DNA of 64,000 nt from an uncultured bacterium (GTDB lineage Bacteria; Chlamydiota; Chlamydiia; Chlamydiales; SM23-39): the NCBI GenBank assembly GCA_963716985.1, contig OY970323.1, positions 1,696,001 to 1,760,000 of the forward strand. Direction: 5' to 3'. The first letter of the stretch is position 1; each line of letters opens with the position of its first letter. A program made the translations under genes and the position numbers. Shown piece after piece: positions 57,601 through 64,000 of this stretch. The notes beneath the pieces were generated by a model. The model was not told the DNA's origin. It saw only the letters and a program-made list of their open reading frames with translations, and made no database searches.

Positions 57601-58185
57601 GACAAGCGGGCGAATCTCATCGTAATCGATCAGGTCCACTTTTTGGATCTCGTGCGACGTACGAAACCCATCAAAAAAATGCAAGAAAGGAAGCGACAAC
57701 CGAAGGGAAGAAAGGTGGGCCACTAAAGCCATGTCCTGCGCTTCCTGCACAGAGTGGGAAGAGAGCATGCAAAATCCTGTGCTGCGAGTGGCCATCACAT
57801 CTTGATGGTCCCCGAAAATCGAAAGTCCCTGTCCGGCAATGGCCCTTCCCGTTACGTGGAAAACGGTCGGCATGAGCTCGCCCGCAATCTTATACATATT
57901 CGGAATCATGAGCAAAAGTCCCTGCGATGCCGTGAAGGTCGTGGCAAAAGCTCCCGAAGACAAGACCCCGTGCAAAGCTCCGGCAGCGCCGGCTTCGGAT
58001 TGCATTTCAACAACCGAGACGACCTCTCCGAAAAGATTCTTTTTTCCATCAGAAGCCCATTCATCTACCAGTTCTCCCATTGCCGTTGAAGGAGTGATGG
58101 GGTAAAGAGCTACAACCTCAGAAAAAGCATACGCAATATGAGCAGCTGCACTATTGCCGTCCATCGACTTAACAGTTTTTTTCAT
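54661..58185 (-). CDS. nifJ: Pyruvate:ferredoxin (flavodoxin) oxidoreductase, single-chain type
   Basis: YPITPS; EMQSEAGAAG; FDGFRTSHE; CIQCNQC..CP and CTGC.NC..CP; FSGACAGCGE; GGDGWAYDIG. Confidence 0.98.
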   Translation of the reverse strand: MKKTVKSMDGNSAAAHIAYAFSEVVALYPITPSTAMGELVDEWASDGKKNLFGEVVSVVEMQSEAGAAGALHGVLSSGAFATTFTASQGLLLMIPNMYKIAGELMPTVFHVTGRAIAGQGLSIFGDHQDVMATRSTGFCMLSSHSVQEAQDMALVAHLSSLRLSLPFLHFFDGFRTSHEIQKVDLIDYDEIRPLVDWKGIGLHRQRALNPEHPHLRGSAQNPDVYFQATERANPFYLPVAKVVEEEMDKLYKLTHRRYHLFEYVGHPEADRIIILMGSGAQAAEETVHWMSKRGEKVGVLKVRLYRPFSVEHFRKAIPQSVKKMAVLDRTKESASFAEPLYLDVCAALKGILPEREVIGGRYGLGGKEFTPSMVKALLDHMKLPVLKNHFTLGINDDVTHTSLPVTEIIDTENPGVVRCKFWGIGGDGTIGANKDAIKMIGDHTDKYVQGYFAYDSKKSSGVTISHLRFGDAPILSTYLIQVADYIACHHPSYVSKYDVLEGIKKGGTFVLNSPWTLQEMETRLPASLKRAIALNHVQFFTIDASSIAKAAGLGEKINMVMQAVFFKLSSILPIEQALCLLKEAIAETYLKKGEAVIKRNQQAVDLAIENLKKIDYPASWKNAVDQKKKKEEEKPEFIKNVAEVMIAQKGDTLPVSAFTPGGVLPPATTQFEKRNIALNFPEWIEGNCIQCNQCSLVCPHACIRPFLLPEEEAKKAPKSYKSLKPLGKGLEKYQYSVQITPYDCTGCGNCVETCPAPKGKALVLKPQESLRPQYEEQWDFLGKKINPQVDISKYTVKGSQFFKPLFEFSGACAGCGETPYVKVLTQLFGDRMVVANATGCSSIWGGSSPSVPWAVNEKGYGPAWANSLFEDNAEYGLGMYMAFAYRRNELAHLVQESMKTSLPSDLKRLFEEWLKFTDDGDKSREVAEKIKALLSPMKRSALLEKIWERRDILTKPAIWMIGGDGWAYDIGYGGLDHVLAMNQDVKVLVLDTEVYSNTGGQSSKATPMGAVAKFAASGKKTAKKDLGLIAMSYGYIYVASVSMGADKQQLIRALQEAESYKGPALIIAYASCIAHGNKWGMSRSQNEMKQAVESGYWFNYRFDPRRKSEGKNPFQMDSKKPTLSLQDFLSEQVRYNYLQKTKPEEAKRLLTELQSHLKEKYEFFEKLSRESSSF

Positions 58186-58384
58186 GCATTCCTCAAAGTT
58201 TATCTTTTAAAAAAACTATATGAAAAAGGTTCCTTTTTTTCTATATAGCAACGCATCTCCTATCCAACAAACAAATTATTTTTTTCACAAAAAAAACAGA
58301 GGAAATAAAAAAATTTTTATCTGAAATTCACACTCCTGAAATTTCAGAGGAACGGGTATACTTAAGAAAAAAAAAGAGCATGCC

Positions 58385-59602
58385 GTGAAAGATTCTTTCT
58401 TTAAAAAGACTCGTTTCGCCATTTTTTGGACGGCTTTCTTCAGCGAATCTTTCCTCGCTTTTTACAACGGGCTTTTGCCCTTTATCCTCATCAAAGACCT
58501 CGCAGCTTCTGCCTTCTGCCTCTCTCTGCTTATGACCCTCAAACCCGCCGTTTCCGTCTTCTCCTTTTATTGGAGCTCTTCGACTCATCGAAACTCGCAA
58601 AGTCTTAAAAAAAGCCTTCTTTTTTCCGGTCTATTTTCCTATCTGCCCTTTCTCTTCTATCCGCTCTTAGATCGTGTTTGGTATCTCATCTTTGCCTCTA
58701 CCCTGTTCATGCTCTTTTCCAAAGCCAGCTTTCCCGCCTGGATGGAGATTCTCAAGATTAATTTAGAAAAAGAATCGAGAGAAAAACTTTTTTCTTTAGG
58801 CGCCATCATCGGATATATAGAGGGAGCTCTTTTAGGAGTCTTTATCGGACCCCTTCTCGACTCCCATCCCTCCTATTGGAAACTCCTTCTTCTCTTAAGC
58901 GCTCTCTTAGGAATGAGTAGCGTTTGGATTCAGTGGAGAACACCCTTGCGAAGATTACCGGTAAATGAAAAAACAGTTCCTCCCTTTACCCTTTTGCGGC
59001 CTTGGAAAGAAGGTCTTGCCCTTCTTCGATCGCGAAAGGATTTTGCCCAGTACCAGCTCGGCTCGATGTGCAACGGTTTTGGAATCATGCTTGCGCTGCC
59101 GGCGCTCACCATCTTCTTTTCGGACCATTTACAGCTCACCCATTCCGAAATGACCATGGGCCGCTATATCTTTATGGCCATTGGCTATGTTCTTTTTTCC
59201 CCCCTTTGGGCAAGGGCATTTAGCCGCTTTTCGATCCATTTTTTGACGGCCATTGCCTGCATTGGCTTTGGACTCTATCCCCTATTCAGCATGCTCGGCC
59301 ACTTTCACCATTCCTGGATCTTTTTTGCCCTATTTCTCTATGGAATTACGCAAGCCGGCTCCCATTTGATCTGGAATCTTTCCGGGACCATTTTTGCAAA
59401 GGAGAAAGAGAGCGCGCCATTTTCTGCAATGAACATCCTTACCATTGGAATTCGCGGACTTGTTGCCCCCTTAATGGGAGGACTTCTTTGCCAGTATTTT
59501 TCTCCGATTCCCGTCCTCATTTTATCCGCCCTGATCTGTTTTGTCGGCAGCTGGCAAATGTTCAAAAAGCCCATGGAAATTTCGGAAGCAGAAAAAATCT
59601 AG
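58385..59602 (+). CDS. MFS transporter
   Basis: 405 aa with ~12 hydrophobic segments in two halves. Confidence 0.85.
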   Translation: MKDSFFKKTRFAIFWTAFFSESFLAFYNGLLPFILIKDLAASAFCLSLLMTLKPAVSVFSFYWSSSTHRNSQSLKKSLLFSGLFSYLPFLFYPLLDRVWYLIFASTLFMLFSKASFPAWMEILKINLEKESREKLFSLGAIIGYIEGALLGVFIGPLLDSHPSYWKLLLLLSALLGMSSVWIQWRTPLRRLPVNEKTVPPFTLLRPWKEGLALLRSRKDFAQYQLGSMCNGFGIMLALPALTIFFSDHLQLTHSEMTMGRYIFMAIGYVLFSPLWARAFSRFSIHFLTAIACIGFGLYPLFSMLGHFHHSWIFFALFLYGITQAGSHLIWNLSGTIFAKEKESAPFSAMNILTIGIRGLVAPLMGGLLCQYFSPIPVLILSALICFVGSWQMFKKPMEISEAEKI

Positions 59603-59659
59603 GCGAAAAATTCCTTCTTCATATAATGTGAGGCCAAATAAAAATTTAGGAGGTTTGGC

Positions 59660-59821
59660 ATGAGAGGTGTTCCTCGTCAAAAGACAAAATTCTTAAAGGC
59701 TCCATCGAGAGACGATCTTCATGAAAAAGATCAAAAAGAGCTGATCGAAGTCGCGAAAGAAAAAGAAATGTCTGCTCCCAGCAGCCCAAAGCCCAAAGAA
59801 AAACCCAAATCCAAGTCATAA
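59660..59821 (+). CDS. 53-aa charged small protein (not in the ORF track)
   Basis: AGGAGG RBS; MRGVPRQKTKFLKAPSRDDLHEKDQKELIEVAKEKEMSAPSSPKPKEKPKSKS. Confidence 0.55.
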   Translation: MRGVPRQKTKFLKAPSRDDLHEKDQKELIEVAKEKEMSAPSSPKPKEKPKSKS

Positions 59822-60002
59822 CATCCTCGCAAAGCGAGGAGCTTGAATGTTTGTGAGCAGCCCAAGAGGCTGCCAGGTATCCAAACGCTTTCTTCTCCTC
59901 AGTCTATTGGCTTGACGGATTGGAGCGCCTCAAAGGTGCCGATTACTAAAACGATCCTTTTTCTTCACAATTTTCTCTATTGTCAAGTTGTTCTTGATTT
60001 CT

Positions 60003-60681
60003 GATGTAAACCCTGACCTGCTCCTCTTGAAAGCCAATCGTCGAAACTGCATATCCTCAAGCCCACAATCTTTCTCCATTCGGAAACGTCATTGAAAAAA
60101 AGAGCATTCCCTGTTCCACCTATGGCAAAAGCACAAACGCTCGTCTTGCCATTATCGGAGATGCCAGTAAAGAGATCGTAGAATATGCCCTTCAAAAAGA
60201 AAAACCCCTTGTTCTGGAAGATCTGAACTTCCAAAAGAAAAAACAAACCCTGAGAGAATCCAATAACAAATATAGCCGGCTCCTCTCCTCTTTTTCCTAC
60301 AGCCAAATACTCAGCCACATAGAATCTAAAGCTTTTAGAGAGGGAATCGAAATCTACCATGTAAATCCCGCCTATACAACAATCATAGGAGAGGTAAAAT
60401 TCACAAAAAGATAGGGGCTGTCGAAACATCACGCGGCAGCTTTCGTCATCGCAAGACGAAAAGATGGTTTTTCAGAAAAGCCTCCTCGATATCTAGAAAT
60501 AGATACAGAAAACTCCAAGTCCGCTTTTTCCCAACCCGTGTGGAAGATGGAAAAACACGTTTGGTGTTTTTATAGGGCGCTAAGTAAGAAGAAAAAAGCG
60601 GCACATACAGTGCATTTACCGACGAAAAGATCCTCAAAACAATTGAGAGACAGCCGGAAAGCTTTGGTAGATTATGGGTGA
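60003..60681 (+). pseudogene. TnpB-like RuvC nuclease remnant (Zn-finger-less type)
   Basis: Hand translation: DVNPD...PLVLEDLNF.KKK...LSSFSY...VNPAYTTIIGEVKF..R*GLS.H.AAAFVIARR...KHVW; premature TAG at 60412; N-terminus missing. Confidence 0.85.
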
Positions 60682-60871
60682 AAAACCATACGCGAATCGT
60701 CAACAAAACTGCTTGGTTGGCGTATCAATGCAAATTTTTAAAATACCCGTATTTGCATAGATTTTTAGTAGCGGCTAATCTTTCCTATGACGATGTTGTC
60801 ATAAATCAAAAAATGAGCCGATCCCAGAAATAGATGAGGCATTTTATCGCATGCTTACTTGAAGAAAATCC

Positions 60872-60902
60872 CCTTAACCACTAACGTTATTAGTAGTTAA
60901 GG
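60872..60902. promoter_or_regulatory. Inverted-repeat operator upstream of the AbiE operon
   Basis: CCTTAACCACTAA-N5-TTAGTAGTTAAGG (12/13 match). Confidence 0.65.
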
Positions 60903-60917
60903 AGAATATCTGCAAGT

Positions 60918-61724
60918 ATGGATATGGAAGCATTTCTGGCTAATAATCAGATCTTTACGATCGAAGAAGCGAGAACAGCTCTTGAAGTGGAAAAAAGCAG
61001 CAGTACTCTAGACAACTTGCTCTCCTACCATCTTCGACAAGGGCATATCATCCGGATTCGGAAGGGCCTTTATTATACAATTCCCAGAGGCGCTGATGCG
61101 AAAACTCACCCGATTGATCCTTATCTCATCGCCAGTAAAATGACCTCCGATGCTACTTTGGCATACCATACATCTTTGGGTTTTCATGGGAAGCTTCATT
61201 CTTTACGAACTGATTTTGTCTACGTTACGCAAAAAAAATTAAAGCCTCCTTTTATTTTTCGTAATACTTCCTTTAAAGGCATTTCTATTCCTAAAGGAAC
61301 TTTAGCTAATTCCGATTTCGGTATTGAAATAGTCGATTATCAGGGATGCAAGATTCGGGTTACAACTTTAGAACGTACTTTTGTGGATATTCTCGATAGG
61401 CCAACTCTGATCGACAACTGGGAGGAAATTTGGCGCTCCCTAGAATCTATTGAATATCTCAATCTTCAACAGGTATTGGCTTATGCAAGGCTTCTCAATA
61501 ACGCGACCACTTATGCTCGAGTAGCATTCTTTCTTGATCAACATCGTGAAACGCTCAGCCTTTCAGAAAAAGATCTAGTAGCTTTTGACGTTTTTAAATC
61601 TAAAAGCCCCCATTATTTAGATCGTCATAACAAAGAGCCAAACCAGCTTATTACCAGATGGAACCTTATCGTTCCAAAATCATTATTCCATAGAACTTGG
61701 GAAGAATCTCATGAAAATTTCTAA
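60918..61724 (+). CDS. Type IV TA / AbiEi-family antitoxin regulator
   Basis: wHTH G.I.RIRKGLY; LAYHTSL.FHG; RVTTLERTFVD.LDRP. Confidence 0.9.
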   Translation: MDMEAFLANNQIFTIEEARTALEVEKSSSTLDNLLSYHLRQGHIIRIRKGLYYTIPRGADAKTHPIDPYLIASKMTSDATLAYHTSLGFHGKLHSLRTDFVYVTQKKLKPPFIFRNTSFKGISIPKGTLANSDFGIEIVDYQGCKIRVTTLERTFVDILDRPTLIDNWEEIWRSLESIEYLNLQQVLAYARLLNNATTYARVAFFLDQHRETLSLSEKDLVAFDVFKSKSPHYLDRHNKEPNQLITRWNLIVPKSLFHRTWEESHENF

Positions 61725-62694
61725 AGAATTGCTCATTAGAGAATCAGGCTGCACGGGTTTTCGTGTGGAAATATTGGAAAAAGTTTGGCAGCTGATGAAT
61801 ATTCTTGAGGGAATTAATGCCCATCCTTTTTTGCAAGAGCGCCTAGTGTTAAAAGGTGGTACTGCTCTAAATCTTTTTGTCTTCGATCTTCCTCGGCTTT
61901 CAGTTGATATTGATTTAAATTATATAGGAATGCCGGATCGTGAAGGAATGATGAGCGAACGCCCCATAGTTGAGAAGGCCCTGGAAGCTGTTTTTCAACG
62001 AGAGAACCTTATGATACGTCGTATTCCTACCAAACATGCTGGCGGAAAATGGCAGCTGAGGTATCGAAGTGTCCTTGGTAATCAGAGTAATCTGGAAGTT
62101 GACCTGAATTTTATGTTCAGAATCCCACTTTGGGATGTTCAAAAATGCTCCTCTAAAGTCACTGGCCACCATCAAATACATGGAATTCGGATTCTTGATT
62201 TTCATGAGCTGGCAGCCGGAAAATTGACCGCTTTATTTGCTCGGAATGCATCACGCGATTTATTCGATGCTCATCACCTATTAACCAATACAAAGTTCAA
62301 CTTGCAGCGGTTACGATTAGCCTTTATTCTCTATATCGGCATGAGTTCAATTAAAAATCCCCAAGAAATCTCCCCTGAATCCCTTTTGTTCGATGAAGCC
62401 AATTTTCGACAACAGCTTCTGCCTGTTCTGCGTAATATCAAGAACGAGCAAGACCATCGATCTTGGAAAGAAATCAAACTTCAAGAATGCAAACAGGCTC
62501 TTGCAACACTGTTTCCTTTTACTGAACAAGAAAGAGAGTTTCTAAAAATCCTCATTGAAAAAGGAGAAATTCGCGCATCTCTGCTTACAAATGAACCTGC
62601 TATGCAATCCAAAATAGAAAAATTACCTTCCCTTCATTGGAGAGCATCGCTTGTTCAACCAGCAGCACTGCAAGGGACGAAAAACTTATCTTGA
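61711..62694 (+). CDS. AbiEii/AbiGii nucleotidyltransferase toxin
   Basis: LVLKGGTALNLF...PRLSVDIDL; ELAAGKLTAL..R..SRDLFD. Confidence 0.93.
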   Translation: MKISKELLIRESGCTGFRVEILEKVWQLMNILEGINAHPFLQERLVLKGGTALNLFVFDLPRLSVDIDLNYIGMPDREGMMSERPIVEKALEAVFQRENLMIRRIPTKHAGGKWQLRYRSVLGNQSNLEVDLNFMFRIPLWDVQKCSSKVTGHHQIHGIRILDFHELAAGKLTALFARNASRDLFDAHHLLTNTKFNLQRLRLAFILYIGMSSIKNPQEISPESLLFDEANFRQQLLPVLRNIKNEQDHRSWKEIKLQECKQALATLFPFTEQEREFLKILIEKGEIRASLLTNEPAMQSKIEKLPSLHWRASLVQPAALQGTKNLS

Positions 62695-62985
62695 CAAGCT
62701 CAATAACCAAGTCCCTGATTTGGAAATCACTGATACGGCCTTCCAGAAGTATACTCGATATGGAGTGATCCTTTTGAAAGACTTGACTTGGTATTTTTCA
62801 GGAGGCTGGGTTAGAGGCTAAAAGGAAACTACTTGGCTCGATCTTTCCGGCAAAATTGGTTTTTCAGGATGGAAAATATCGAACCGATAGGTTAAATCCA
62901 ACGTTAGCGATTATCTTGCAGAAAACCAAAACTTAGAAAAAAAAATGTGGAGACATTGTCATTTTCGAGAATGTCTCCGGGGATG

Positions 62986-63069
62986 TGCCGATGACTGGAA
63001 TCGAACCAGCACCTTGTTGCCAAGAACAGATTTTGAGTCTGCCGCGTCTACCAATTCCGCCACATCGGC
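62986..63069 (-). tRNA. tRNA-Leu (CAA)
   Basis: GCCGATGTGGCGGAATTGGTAGACGCGGCAGACTCAAAATCTG...GGTTCGATTCCAGTCATCGGCA; long variable arm; CCA not encoded. Confidence 0.97.
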
Positions 63070-63205
63070 CCTAAGAAATAAGAATCAATCCTGCCATAAA
63101 GAAGATTTTCTTTAAAGAAGTGTATGGCGCTTGTCTATCCAAAAGAATGTGGGTTCGCAGACAAGACAACGACAATCTCAGGGAAATTGCTTCAGTCAAA
63201 TCATT

Positions 63206-64000
63206 CTCGACTTTGTACATTTTTCGATCTGATAGCCCAAAGTCATTTGCTTCAATCCATAAAATAAAAAGTTGATAGAGAGTGCCGCTTCGCGCATACT
63301 ATTTGGTTCAGTAAAACAAAATGGCAGGCTCTCATGGACTCTCTATCGTCAAACATTTTAGCAGTACTCACCCCTTTTTCAGTACTTTTTTCAAATCCTT
63401 CTTGGAAAAAAGCCCTGACCTTATTACTTGGCACGCTTTTATGCACTGGCAAGAGAACCGTGTGTGCGGCTCTGCGCGCAATGGGTCTTGAGCATCAGGC
63501 GGGTTTTTCAAAGTACCATCACCTTTTAAACCGGGCGGAATGGTCGTCACTCAAGGCAGCGAAAATCCTATTCTTTATGTTGCTTATCTTTGTCTCCGAT
63601 CAGCATCCTTTGGTTCTGCTCATTGACGAGACATTGGAGCGCAGGCGTGGCAAGAAGATAAAAGCAAAGGGCTATTATCGAGATGCGGTTCGATCGTCAC
63701 AGTCTCGAGTGGTCAAGGCCATGGGTTTGAAGTGGCAGGTTATGGCGCTCTCTGTGAAATTGCCGTTTATGTCGAGAGCACTTGCATTGCCTTTTTTGAG
63801 TGCATTGGAGCCTTCTAAAAAATGTGATGAAGCGAAGAAACGTCGCCACAAGACCTCATTAAAATGGGCAAGTCAGATGGTCTTGCAGGTGCGTCGATGG
63901 GTAGGTAAGGCGCGATCATTAATTCTTGTTGGCGATGGAGGATATGCTGCGGGACAATTGTCTTTGGACTGTATCTGTGCCGGTGTTACGCTCGTTTCGC
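63206..64000 (+). mobile_element. IS701-like insertion sequence, copy 2 (partial; transposase from 63334)
   Basis: Near-identical reverse complement of copy 1, starting at its 51705 end. Confidence 0.93.

Noticed and set aside
59983..60706. Minus-strand ORFs 59983-60432 and 60446-60706; also Cas12 as the identity of the RuvC relic
   Set aside because: The ORFs are antisense to the TnpB pseudogene, and no CRISPR repeats or cas genes are nearby.
60800..60840. att duplicate of the tRNA-Leu 3' end bounding the AbiE islet
   Set aside because: Only GCCGAT (6 nt) matches, which is not distinguishable from chance.

Overview
Chromosomal window of an environmental member of the phylum Chlamydiota. 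This is inferred from chlamydia-type gene order (rpsN-rpmJ/rpmH-rnpA; yceD-rpmF-plsX-rne-plsB-insulinase; yebC-GNAT-prfB-SWIB-ispD-truA-HAD), a stand-alone SWIB protein, a plant-type G3P acyltransferase and an Npt nucleotide transporter. A pyruvate:ferredoxin oxidoreductase suggests anaerobic capacity. The housekeeping backbone carries many insertion sequences: an ISL3-bounded cargo element, a nested DUF6399/IS630/IS66/MITE stack, ISKra4, two IS701-like copies, an IS1202-family element and a TnpB relic. Most notable: (i) at 41.3-47.0 kb, four direct copies of a tmRNA-3'-end-like att core delimit small integrase-less modules, two of them ~0.9 kb single-gene units (DUF4238; NYN RNase with a two-hairpin leader/terminator), bracketed by inverted arm-type repeats, i.e. 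a possible cassette array of defence-like genes; (ii) two membrane-anchored eukaryote-like USP (C19) deubiquitinases; (iii) an IS66 built from two inverted left ends, each with its own tnpA; (iv) a signal-peptide-bearing TrxR-Trx fusion. All family calls come from motif recognition by eye; no searches were run.
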